From: Candidatus Iainarchaeum sp.
GTDB lineage: Archaea > Iainarchaeota > Iainarchaeia > Iainarchaeales > JAZDEL01
Length of the DNA stretch: 64,000 nt
Reading direction: 5' to 3'
Assembly (NCBI GenBank): GCA_043808785.1
Contig: JAZDEL010000002.1
Coordinates: 65,735 to 129,734 of the forward strand
The position numbers were made by a program, and so were the translations under genes. Shown in pieces: positions 1-8,932 of the stretch; within the stretch, counting starts at the first letter, position 1, and each line of letters begins with the position of its first letter. The notes below the pieces were generated by a model. The model saw nothing but the letters and a program-made list of their open reading frames with translations, was not told the DNA's origin and ran no database searches.

Positions 1-744
1 ATTTATGGTGCGCGCAAACTCCTCGCTCAAAATCCCGTAATCCGAAGTCGCAACAGCCTGCAGCGTCTTGTAAAGCCCTATTCCCGCGCGCAACTCGCTC
101 GCCATATGCCTCAGCGCAAAGGGCAGTTCCGCGCTTACCGCATCTCCCCTCCTGTTTGCAGCGCTCTTCGGCAGGAGCAGCATGCCTATTTCCGCGAATA
201 TGAAAACCGCAATTCCCCCCGGCAGCGCTATGATTATAGGCACATTCGCAAAAAGCGCTATTGCCGCGAAAAACACCGCGCCAAGGACAAAAGCAATAAG
301 CCCCACAACCGCGGTTATGGCAAGATACTGCCCTGTGCTGAACTTCATGTTCGCGCTGTAAAGGTAATACCCCAGCTGCTGCGTAACCGGAAACTTCTTC
401 AGCAGCACGGTTATCGGTTTCGTTATTCCCTGCAGCGCAAGGTAAATTTTCCCCAGCCGCTGCACCAGGGGGTTCTTGAACTCCGCAAGCTCCTCGACGC
501 CCTGCACACTCACCTTTGCGGTTTCCCCCTCCGCAATCATCCCCCTTAAATCCCTTAACTTTCCGCCGACCTGCTCAAACTCCACGCCCTGCTCCACGTA
601 CTTCTTCTTCATCTTGCTTACTATGCGCTCCACTTCCTCGACATCAACAGCCTCATCCTGCTTTGCCTCCGGTTTCTGGAAAGCCTTTGCCCCGGCCTTC
701 TTCTTTTCCTCAACCCTTTTCCTTATCTGGTCAAGACCTGGCAT
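1..744 (-). CDS. FlaJ/TadC/GspF-family type IV filament assembly platform membrane protein (N-terminal part only; gene runs off the window start)
   Basis: Absent from the ORF track because it runs off the window edge. There is a reverse-strand ATG at 742-744, overlapping the upstream ATPase stop by 14 nt (operon coupling). My translation of the visible part reads MPGLDQIRKRVEEKKKAGAKAFQK...SAELPFALRHMASELRAGIGLYKTLQAVATSDYGILSEEFARTIN, which is the hallmark cytoplasmic-domain signature of FlaJ/TadC platform proteins. Confidence 0.7.
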   Translation of the reverse strand, partial: MPGLDQIRKRVEEKKKAGAKAFQKPEAKQDEAVDVEEVERIVSKMKKKYVEQGVEFEQVGGKLRDLRGMIAEGETAKVSVQGVEELAEFKNPLVQRLGKIYLALQGITKPITVLLKKFPVTQQLGYYLYSANMKFSTGQYLAITAVVGLIAFVLGAVFFAAIALFANVPIIIALPGGIAVFIFAEIGMLLLPKSAANRRGDAVSAELPFALRHMASELRAGIGLYKTLQAVATSDYGILSEEFARTIN

Positions 745-3700
745 TTTGCTTCCCCCTTCCGTCCAGGAACGCCTGGCACGCGAGCGAAACTTCGCCCATT
801 GAATGCACATTATTATTGACGAGGTTCTTCAAAAACTTTTCCCTTGCGGCAATTTCCGCCTCAATCTGCTTTTTCCCCGTTCCTGTGCGTTTCATAATCT
901 CGTTAAGGTATGAAACAGGCGCGGCGCCCCTCTTCATCGTGTCTGTTGCGGGTTCCCATTCATAAACCGTCTGCGTTGAAACCTTGCCCTCAAGCGCCCC
1001 CCCCACTTCGGCAATTTCCGTAATCCTCCTTATTGTGCCCTTCCTCTTGTCGTGCAGCCTGTGTTCTATGATTATGAAATCAAGCCCGCTGAGCATCACT
1101 TCGGGCACGTTCATCGGAGGAGATGTAACCCTCACAACGGTTTCCTGCGGCGAGTTCGCGTGCACCGTGCCAAGAGAGTTGCCCACAATGGCGGATTCCG
1201 CGACAAAATTGTGCGGTTTCATGCCGCTCCTTTCCTTTTCGCTTACAGTCAAATCGTAAACAAATCCACTGTAATCGAATTCATGTATGTGCGTAATTCG
1301 GTCCCAGAATATTTCGCTTTCCGCAAGCCGTCCGAGCGCATCGGCATTGATGCCCACGGCCTTAAATGCATTGGCAAGCTTTTTCACGCTCTCCCTTGAC
1401 GGCATCCTTTCGCCGAGCCTGAAAAAACGCAGAAGCCCCTGGCTTATTCCCGCCTTTCTCGCAATTGCCCTCTCGCTTGTGCCCACTTCCCTGGCCTCCG
1501 CAATCTTTTCACGGATAAGCGTATTGCACGGGATAACGTCAACATTCGTGTTTGCCTTTACTTTCCCCGAAATCAGTGCCTCAAGCTTTTTTATTTTTTC
1601 GGGATATTTCAGCGGAAACGCAGAGTAAAACTTGCGCACATTTTCAATGCCGTAAACATAAAGCCTGAACCACTTGCTGTTCGCAGCCCTTGACTCGTAT
1701 TTCCGTGAAACTATCCCCTCAGTAAGCAGGGCATAGCGCATAAAGTCTATGTAATGCTCGTTGCCGCAGGTGAAAACGAGCGCATTATTCTCAAGGTCGA
1801 CATAGCCCTCAGCATCAAAGAAGCCCGCAACAAACTCGTTAAGCGAGGAGCAGAAATGGGCGTTTGACATTTTTACATTGCTTCTCGAGCCAGCGGGAAT
1901 GGCAAACATTTGCTGAGCCCGCCTCGCCCTGCCTATGCCGCTTACCCTCGCCTCAAAGCAATTCTTTTCAGGTGACGCAGCCCTTACCCCGACATGGGCG
2001 TTGCCAAACTCTTTTTTCATGAATTCCGAGAACTGCGGAACTATGCGTTCGTCTTCCGTGAAAAGGCTGATTCTTCCTTCATTGCATTCGTAGCATTTGC
2101 CGTTCTTTTCGCGCAGCCGCTTTGTATCCAATATGTGCCCATCACCGTGCAGCAGGCCGCTCCAATATTCCACTTCAGCCCTGCCCGCGCCCGCATCGCA
2201 GTGCAGCCTTGCCGGGGTTGCAACAAACGTCGCTTCCTCAAGATTTTCTGCAGGAACCTGCCCCACGTTTCCGCATAGGGTGTAAAAAGGGTGATTGGGC
2301 GTAACAATTATTTCAGAGCCGCTTGCAAGCCTTATGTGCCTGACCTTTCCCGAATAAGGCTTTCTCCTTGCCTCGACAACCTTTTCGCGCTGCATCTTTC
2401 CGCTGTCGTTGAGCGAATTTATTTCCCTGCCTTCTGCATCGGCAACTTCCCATTCGCCTTCGTGCCTGACGCCGCCTTTTTCAATCAGGCTGTCAACAAA
2501 GGAACCTATCTCTTCAATGCCGTCAACAAAAGGAATCTTTGTGCCAAAAGTAAGGCAGCCGTCGTGCCCGGTATTCATCGCCGTGAAAAGCGTGAACGCC
2601 TCCGCGTGCCTTACCTCCCCGACAATAACCCTGTCAGGCCTCATCCTGAGCGAGTTCTTCGTGAGTATGTCGAGCGTTAACTCCCCCGTGCCTTCAATGC
2701 CCGGCGGCCTTGCCTCAAGCCTTATCCAGTGCTTCAATGGGAGATTAAGTTCCGCGGTGTCCTCTATGGAAACAATCCTCTCATTTGCGGGAATGAACGC
2801 TGCAAGCACGTTCAGGGTTGTGGTTTTTCCGCTTCCCGTTCCGCCTGAAATAAGTATGTTTGCAGGCTTCACTCCCAAGCCTTCAACAGCAAGCCAGAGG
2901 AACGCCGCAACCTCCGTGCTCAAAGTGCCCATGTTTATCAAATCAACTATCGAGTAAGGGTCCTCCCTGAACTTCCTTATTGTAAGCGAGGAGCCGCTCA
3001 CGGATGCGGGCGGCATTGTTGCGTTAACCCTGCTGCCGTCCGGCAGCCTTGCATCAAGCAGCGGGGAGCTCATGTCCATGCGCCTCCCGACCTGCCTTGC
3101 GATCCTGTTTATCAGGTCCTGCACCTCTTTCTCGGAATAGAATTCTATATTGCTCTTCATCATCTCATATTCCCTGTGGAAAACATAAACAGGTTTGTTC
3201 GGCCCTATCACCATTATTTCCTCCAGCTTGTCGTCCTTTATCAGCGGGTCTATTAGCCCGTAACCGACCATCTCCCTCACAACAGACTGCGCGTAAAATT
3301 CCATCTTGCCTTTCGGAATCTGCATCTCCGTGCTCTCGCGCATTATCTCCATGACTTTTTGGTAGTAAACATTCTCCCTCTCCTCGAGGTCGCGGATTTT
3401 GTACGGGGTTATGCTTATGAGCCTTGTTGCCGCCTCCTTAAGTGTGTTGATTATGCTCTTCTCCGCGCCGCGCGCCCTCGGCACGGGCGTCCAGTAATAA
3501 AGCAGCGGCTCCCCCGCAACCCTGTAAATTTTCGTGTTTCCGTAAGAGGCAATCTCGGTTTTCTTTGCGCCCTCGAGTTCCTGCTCTATTGTTGACGCGC
3601 CCCCCTCTTCAGGCGAGTAAGCCTCGGCCTCCGCAGCGGGTTCCGCGGTTTCTTCCCCTGCGCCTCCCCGCATTGTGCCCGCCTCTTCCACCTCATCCTC

Positions 3701-4060
3701 TTCGGGCACGGTTCTGCTTTCGACAGGCCGCGGTTCGGGCGCCCTCATCTTCGGCGCGCCGACAGCTGACTTCATCTGCTTAAGTATCTCGCTTTTCATT
3801 CCAGTGGTGTCTGCCACCCTGGGTGCGGAAACAGGCACATGCCTCGGCGCAGGATAAGCAGCAGCCCTTTGCGCAGGTGCAGCAGTAACCCTTGGTGCGG
3901 CCGCAACCGCAGCCCTGGCGGGCTGAACAACCGCCTTCCTCTGCAGCATCTCCCTTGGCCTCGGTGCCGCGCTTTCCGCAATTTCCGCCCCCCCGCTCAC
4001 TGAGGAACCCTCCTTTTTCTTCTTCACGCGGCTGATAAGGTCCTTGAGGTAGTCCGCCAT
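731..4060 (-). CDS. FlaI/TadA/VirB11-family type IV filament (archaellum or pilus) secretion ATPase. It has a ~190-aa low-complexity Ala/Pro/Glu-rich N-terminal extension and is interrupted by a large intein.
   Basis: Walker A motif ILISGGTGSGKTTTLNVLAAFIP. His-box TAMNTGHDG|...|SLGTVHANSP is split by the insert. Once the insert is removed the exteins rejoin to MNTGHDGSLGTVHANSP, which matches the FlaI consensus. The next gene downstream is FlaJ-like. Confidence 0.85.
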   Translation of the reverse strand: MADYLKDLISRVKKKKEGSSVSGGAEIAESAAPRPREMLQRKAVVQPARAAVAAAPRVTAAPAQRAAAYPAPRHVPVSAPRVADTTGMKSEILKQMKSAVGAPKMRAPEPRPVESRTVPEEDEVEEAGTMRGGAGEETAEPAAEAEAYSPEEGGASTIEQELEGAKKTEIASYGNTKIYRVAGEPLLYYWTPVPRARGAEKSIINTLKEAATRLISITPYKIRDLEERENVYYQKVMEIMRESTEMQIPKGKMEFYAQSVVREMVGYGLIDPLIKDDKLEEIMVIGPNKPVYVFHREYEMMKSNIEFYSEKEVQDLINRIARQVGRRMDMSSPLLDARLPDGSRVNATMPPASVSGSSLTIRKFREDPYSIVDLINMGTLSTEVAAFLWLAVEGLGVKPANILISGGTGSGKTTTLNVLAAFIPANERIVSIEDTAELNLPLKHWIRLEARPPGIEGTGELTLDILTKNSLRMRPDRVIVGEVRHAEAFTLFTAMNTGHDGCLTFGTKIPFVDGIEEIGSFVDSLIEKGGVRHEGEWEVADAEGREINSLNDSGKMQREKVVEARRKPYSGKVRHIRLASGSEIIVTPNHPFYTLCGNVGQVPAENLEEATFVATPARLHCDAGAGRAEVEYWSGLLHGDGHILDTKRLREKNGKCYECNEGRISLFTEDERIVPQFSEFMKKEFGNAHVGVRAASPEKNCFEARVSGIGRARRAQQMFAIPAGSRSNVKMSNAHFCSSLNEFVAGFFDAEGYVDLENNALVFTCGNEHYIDFMRYALLTEGIVSRKYESRAANSKWFRLYVYGIENVRKFYSAFPLKYPEKIKKLEALISGKVKANTNVDVIPCNTLIREKIAEAREVGTSERAIARKAGISQGLLRFFRLGERMPSRESVKKLANAFKAVGINADALGRLAESEIFWDRITHIHEFDYSGFVYDLTVSEKERSGMKPHNFVAESAIVGNSLGTVHANSPQETVVRVTSPPMNVPEVMLSGLDFIIIEHRLHDKRKGTIRRITEIAEVGGALEGKVSTQTVYEWEPATDTMKRGAAPVSYLNEIMKRTGTGKKQIEAEIAAREKFLKNLVNNNVHSMGEVSLACQAFLDGRGKQNARS
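1178..2557 (-). mobile_element. Intein (~460 aa, residues 502-961 of the ATPase ORF) with an embedded LAGLIDADG-type homing endonuclease domain
   Basis: It starts with Cys (CLTFGTKIPF, block A). Block B is VTPNHPFYT. Two LAGLIDADG-like motifs are present (WSGLLHGDGHI and VAGFFDAEGYV). The C-terminal blocks F/G read GFVYDLTV...KPHNFVAESAIVGN, followed by a +1 Ser. The penultimate residue is Gly rather than the usual His. Confidence 0.8.
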
Positions 4061-4166
4061 CTAACCACGCTATACAGAACGCACTTCCCTTATTTAAAAG
4101 TTTCTTTTGGGTTTTGCGGAAACTGCAAAAACCAAAAAACAAACGGCCCGGTTTGAAGCTTCGCTT

Positions 4167-4331
4167 CAAACGGGCGCATTCGGCTCCCTATTTGGCTTTT
4201 GCCAAATGGGCGCATTCGGGCTCACGCCCGAATAGCGCAAGCCGAATAGCGTTGCCAAATGGGCGCAATTTGGCTTCGCCAAATTCGCGAGCCAAAACGG
4301 GCGCAATTGGCTGCCGCCAATTAGCGCGGTT
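4167..4331. repeat. Tandem array (4 units) of the dispersed double-hairpin intergenic repeat, upstream of the secretion ATPase gene
   Basis: Unit starts at ~4167, 4203, 4256 and 4302, each aaa[ct]gggcgca(a)tt[ct]ggc...gcc[cga]aat(t)agcgc, e.g. GGGCGCATTCGGGCtcacGCCCGAATAGCGC. Confidence 0.7.
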
Positions 4332-4418
4332 TGCGTTTGCAACCAGTTTCAGCAGCGCCTTCCTCGGAACCGCGCAGAACCCGTACTGGCGTTTTTTATT
4401 TTTGTTTTTCGCCCGCGC

Positions 4419-6341
4419 TCACTTCTTTTCCGCGATTTCCTTCCTAAGCCCCGAGATAAAATCCGCAACCTTTACATTGTCCGCAAGCTTCCCTTTCCTG
4501 TCCCTCACTGCAAGCGTTTTCTTTTTCTGTTCCTCTTCCCCGACAACAACAATGTAATTGATTTTCTTCACCTGTGCGTCCCTGACCTTATACCCCACGC
4601 TCTCCTGCCTTACATCAAACTCCGCCCTTATTCCGTTCCCGAGCAGTTCGGAAGTGACATCCAGCGCGTAATCATTGAACCTGTCCGCCACAGCAATAAC
4701 CTTTGCCTGCACAGGGCTCAGCCATAGCGGGAACGCGCCGGCATAATGCTCGGTCAATATCCCCACGAACCTTTCAAGCGACCCAAGAATTGCGCGGTGT
4801 ATCATAACTGGCACGTGCTCCTTGTCGTCCTTTCCCCAGTAAATTAGCCCGAACTTCTCGGGCATGGAGAAATCAAGCTGTATTGTGCTAAGCTGCCACT
4901 TCCTTCCCAAAGAATCCTTGATATGGAAATCTATCTTCGGCCCGTAGAACGCCCCTCCCCCCTCATTCACGCTGAACTTCATCCTCTTCTTTTCCATTGC
5001 GGCAATAAGCGCCCTCTCCGCCTTTCCCCAAACCTCGTCACTGCCCATGGAATTCTCGGGCTTTGTGCTAAGCTCTATTTCATAATTCTTAAACCCGAAA
5101 GCCGAGAAAACATCCCCCGCAAGGTCTATGAGCGCCATGACCTCCTGCTCAATCTGCTCCTCGAGCAGGAAGATGTGCGCATCGTCCTGCGTGAACTTCC
5201 TCACGCGGAACATCCCGTTCAGCACCCCGCTCAGTTCGTTCCTGTGTACGACCCCGAACTCGGCAAGCCTTATGGGAAAATCCCTGTATGAATGCCTCCT
5301 GTTTTTGAAAATCAATATCGCACCCGGGCAGTTCATGGGCTTAAGGGCAAATTCGCCCTCATCATTGTGCACGAAATACATATTGTCCTTGTAGTGCTCC
5401 CAGTGCCCGCTCCGCACCCACAGCTCCTTCCTCAGCAGCTGCGGCGTGCTCACCTCCCCGTAGCCGCGCCTCATTAATTCCGAGCGCATGAACGAGGATA
5501 TTTCATTCATAAGCACCATTCCGTTCGCGTGCCAGAATATTGCGCCCGGAGATTCGCGCTGCATTGAAAACAAATCAAGTTCCTTCCCCAATTTTATGTG
5601 GTTCCTCTGCTCCGCTTCCTCGCGCATTTTCAAAAATTCCGCAAGCATCTTCTCCTGCGGGAAAGCGATTCCGTAAATGCGCTGCAGCATCCTGTTCTTC
5701 TCGCTGCCGCGCCAGTATGCCCCCGCTGTCTTTAGCAGCTTCACGGCCTTTATCGGTTCCGCGCTCCGGAGGTGCGGCCCCCTGCACAAATCCTCGAACC
5801 CGCCGTGCTTGTACAGGGTTATTTTCCCCGGCCCTAGCTCGTGTATGAGTTCCTGCTTGTATTTATTGTTCCTGAAAACCGCAATCGCCTCGTTTTTGCT
5901 CACTTCGCGCCTTGTAAAAACCTGCGCCTTCTTCAAAAGTTCCTTCATCTTGCCCTCGATTTTTTCCATGTCCGCGGGGGTGAATGGCTTATCCACCTCA
6001 AAATCGTAATAGAACCCCTCCTCGATTGCGGGCCCTATGGTCGCCTGCGCCTTCGGAAAGAGCGCAAGCACTGCCTCAGCCATAACATGTGAGGCGCTGT
6101 GCCACAGGGTTTCCTTCCCCGCGTTGCTCTCCCAGGTGAGCACCTCGAACTTCGCGTCCTCATTTATCGGCGTGTTCAGGTCCGCGGCGGTTCCGTTAAC
6201 CTTAACAGCAAGCGCGTCCTTCGCCAGCCTCGCGCCTATGCCCTTCGCGATTTCCGCACCCGTAACCCCGCGCGCGAACCCCTTCGCGGAACCGTCCGGG
6301 AATGTTATTTTTACCTTTTCCTTTCCGCCCACATCAATCAC
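4419..6341 (-). CDS. thrS: Threonyl-tRNA synthetase
   Basis: 640 aa. N-terminal TGS domain (KVKITFPDGS), an editing-like region and a class II catalytic core (motifs around FRNNKYKQELIHELGPG and HRAILGSLERF). Confidence 0.9.
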   Translation of the reverse strand: MIDVGGKEKVKITFPDGSAKGFARGVTGAEIAKGIGARLAKDALAVKVNGTAADLNTPINEDAKFEVLTWESNAGKETLWHSASHVMAEAVLALFPKAQATIGPAIEEGFYYDFEVDKPFTPADMEKIEGKMKELLKKAQVFTRREVSKNEAIAVFRNNKYKQELIHELGPGKITLYKHGGFEDLCRGPHLRSAEPIKAVKLLKTAGAYWRGSEKNRMLQRIYGIAFPQEKMLAEFLKMREEAEQRNHIKLGKELDLFSMQRESPGAIFWHANGMVLMNEISSFMRSELMRRGYGEVSTPQLLRKELWVRSGHWEHYKDNMYFVHNDEGEFALKPMNCPGAILIFKNRRHSYRDFPIRLAEFGVVHRNELSGVLNGMFRVRKFTQDDAHIFLLEEQIEQEVMALIDLAGDVFSAFGFKNYEIELSTKPENSMGSDEVWGKAERALIAAMEKKRMKFSVNEGGGAFYGPKIDFHIKDSLGRKWQLSTIQLDFSMPEKFGLIYWGKDDKEHVPVMIHRAILGSLERFVGILTEHYAGAFPLWLSPVQAKVIAVADRFNDYALDVTSELLGNGIRAEFDVRQESVGYKVRDAQVKKINYIVVVGEEEQKKKTLAVRDRKGKLADNVKVADFISGLRKEIAEKK

Positions 6342-6628
6342 CGCAATTCGGCAAACCCGCGCCGTGAAGGGAACAATAATGCCCCCATCTCATATTTTAA
6401 TGTTTCAGCCCCCCATTTCCCCCGCAATCAACGGGCAGGCAGAAGCAGAATCGGCAGAAGCCATGGTGCTGGTGCACGTTCGCGAGCCTAAACGACTGTT
6501 TGAAACCGCCTTCTTTTCATGTGAACCAACTACATATATATGTTGGAGGTTTATTTAAACCTTATTAAGGGGGGCGTTAACCACGCCGCGCACCGGAAAC
6601 CCGCCCTCATAACCTTTTTAACCCCGCT

Positions 6629-7891
6629 TTGCGCATGTTTATTATGGGCATGCACATCTCCCCCTGGCTCTGCCTCAGGTGCAAAGGGCGCCTGTTCTGC
6701 GGCGAGCGTTCCTGCCGTGTGCTTGACAAATACGCGCGCATGCGCGAAACAACCTCGAAGATGCACGGCACCTCCTTCTCCGGCTCCTCGCCTCCGAGCA
6801 TTTTCGTTTCCTGGCATTCCTACCCCAAAATAACCCTCTCCCCCCTTTCCCCTCCCGAGATTATGGATTTCTCACGCGCCGAGTTTTTGGACAATCCGGA
6901 GAAATGGTTCGGCCTTCCCTCGCAGCAGATTGTTTCATACCGCGAGCAATTGATACGCGGGAGTAAGCCATTCGATGCCTCCGATGCTTCCAACCCTAAC
7001 CGCGCGCTTGCCGAGGTGCAAGAATTGGCAATGAGCGCCTCGCCTGTTGATATTGATGTCGAGCTTTCCCGCCGCCCGGAGGCAAAGCTTTCGTTCAGCG
7101 ATTCCTCCCCGCCCATGGGCCCGAGCGCGCCTCTGAAAAGCCTCGTGCTTTCAGGCACCCCCGATGTTCCCACAAAAGTGGATTACCTTGTGGGGGACAC
7201 CGATGCAAAATCCGCAACAGCAATGCTCGAACTCTACGGGCATAACCTGCCAGTGCACTACCTTTACAAAATTTTAAGCGCCGGCCTCCTTGGGGTTAAA
7301 AAAAACCGAAAATTGGTCCCGACAAGGTGGGCGATAACAGCGGCAGACTCGAACATCTCTAACGTGCTTGTGGAGCGCATCCGCTCCTGCCAGCAGCTGC
7401 AGGAAATACGGCTGTTCCGCTCCTCCTACCTGGATAACCACTTCTTCGTGCTTTTGGTTCCAGGCGCCTGGGCATTCGAGCAATTGGAAGCATGGTCTCC
7501 CGGGAGCAGCTGGGCAGGGGAGGCGAAAGACGTGATGATTTCAGCGGACCACGAATTTTACAGGGGCCGAACAACATACGCGGACAATGTAACGGGCGCC
7601 TATTATTCCGCACGCCTTGCAGTTGCCGAGTATCTGGAAAAAAGCCGCAGGCAGGCTTCATGCATAGTTTTCCGCGAGATAGGGGGGAAGTATGACGTTC
7701 CTTTGGGTGTGTGGGTCATAAGGCAGACAATGCGCGACGCAATGGGAAAAAAGCCGCTTGCTTTCTCAGACATCAACCTCGCGCTCGCTTACATTTCAAC
7801 AAAACTCTCGGTGCCGATGGGCGCATACAAAAAGAAAAGCGCCCTGCTGGACTCGATAAAGAACCAGAAAAGAATTGTTGAATGGTTTTAA
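6629..7891 (+). CDS. Nre-family (COG1602, NreA-like) DNA repair/replication-associated protein with a C-terminal PIP box
   Basis: ~420 aa. N-terminal Cys cluster CLRCKGRLFCGERSC. Conserved VPTRWAITA motif. The extreme C-terminus QKRIVEWF fits the PCNA-interacting consensus QxxIxxWF. Lies convergent with rfcS. Confidence 0.5.
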   Translation: MRMFIMGMHISPWLCLRCKGRLFCGERSCRVLDKYARMRETTSKMHGTSFSGSSPPSIFVSWHSYPKITLSPLSPPEIMDFSRAEFLDNPEKWFGLPSQQIVSYREQLIRGSKPFDASDASNPNRALAEVQELAMSASPVDIDVELSRRPEAKLSFSDSSPPMGPSAPLKSLVLSGTPDVPTKVDYLVGDTDAKSATAMLELYGHNLPVHYLYKILSAGLLGVKKNRKLVPTRWAITAADSNISNVLVERIRSCQQLQEIRLFRSSYLDNHFFVLLVPGAWAFEQLEAWSPGSSWAGEAKDVMISADHEFYRGRTTYADNVTGAYYSARLAVAEYLEKSRRQASCIVFREIGGKYDVPLGVWVIRQTMRDAMGKKPLAFSDINLALAYISTKLSVPMGAYKKKSALLDSIKNQKRIVEWF

Positions 7892-7906
7892 CCATGCGGG
7901 ATTTTT

Positions 7907-8887
7907 TTATTTCTTTTTCTCCCCGTACTTCATAAACTGCGCAACCAGCGCCTCGAGCTGAATCCTGTCGTTCGCACCCTCCGTTATGCGGAAATTATAC
8001 TCCCCTATTTTATCAATCAAATCAACCTTAACCCTGCTGGGCATCTGCTTCTCCTCCGCATTCACAACCTCGCGGTAAAGCTGCAGCACAATGTCCTCGC
8101 CGCTCATCCCGTAATCGTGGAGTAGGACATCAAGCTTTTCCCTCGCCCCCTTGAAGTTCCCCTCCAGCGCAAGGGTGATGAGTTCCTTAATCTCCTTCGG
8201 CTCCGCCCTGCTGCTCACCCCATAAACGGTTTTCTCCTCCACCTTTCCGCCGAGCGATGCGGAAGCCTCAAGGATATTAATCGCCTTCCTGCAGTCCCCC
8301 TCCGAAACATAAACCAGCGCATCCATCGCGCCCGCTGAAACATTTGCCTTCTCTATTTTCGCAATCTCGCCGAGCCTGTTCTTTATCTCCTCCGCAGCAA
8401 GCGGCCTGAACCTGAAAACCACGCAGCGCGATTGTATGGGCTCGATTATTTTGCTCGAATAATTGCAGCTCATAATGAACCTGCATGTTTTGGTGTACCT
8501 TTCCATAGTCCTCCTCAGCGCCTGCTGCGCGTCGGAAGTGAGTGAATCGGATTCGTCCAAAAAAATTATTTTAAAATTCGCGTCAAAGGCAAGCGTGCGC
8601 GCGAAATCCTTTATGGTTTTCCTCACTACATCAATGCCCCTTTCATCCGAGGCGTTCAGTTCAAGGAAATTCTGCCCGAAACTCTTCCCGTAAAGTTCCT
8701 TAGCAAGCGCCACAGCACAGCTTGTTTTCCCCACGCCCGCGGAACCCGAAAACATCATATTGGGAACGTTCCTGTTCCTCACGTACCCCTGCAGCCTCTC
8801 GGTTACGTGCCTCTGCCCTGCGACATCCGCAAGCTTAACAGGCCTGTATTTCTCGACCCAAGGGAGAGCAATGTCCATATAAACCAT
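7907..8887 (-). CDS. rfcS: Replication factor C small subunit (clamp loader)
   Basis: Motifs PWVEKYRP and GSAGVGKTSCAVALAKEL (Walker A), the DEAD-like FLDESD, and SRC (QSRCVVFRF). The true start is probably MDIALPW at ~8878. Confidence 0.9.
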   Translation of the reverse strand: MVYMDIALPWVEKYRPVKLADVAGQRHVTERLQGYVRNRNVPNMMFSGSAGVGKTSCAVALAKELYGKSFGQNFLELNASDERGIDVVRKTIKDFARTLAFDANFKIIFLDESDSLTSDAQQALRRTMERYTKTCRFIMSCNYSSKIIEPIQSRCVVFRFRPLAAEEIKNRLGEIAKIEKANVSAGAMDALVYVSEGDCRKAINILEASASLGGKVEEKTVYGVSSRAEPKEIKELITLALEGNFKGAREKLDVLLHDYGMSGEDIVLQLYREVVNAEEKQMPSRVKVDLIDKIGEYNFRITEGANDRIQLEALVAQFMKYGEKKK

Positions 8888-8932
8888 ATAAAATAATAGT
8901 GGTTATAAATGCATATTTGTAGTTGTTTGTAG

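Noticed and set aside
106-965. Three overlapping plus-strand ORFs (106..549, 476..802, 516..965)
   Set aside because: They are antisense to the convincing FlaJ-like and ATPase genes. They encode Arg/Pro-rich low-complexity sequence typical of spurious ORFs on the antisense strand of high-GC genes.
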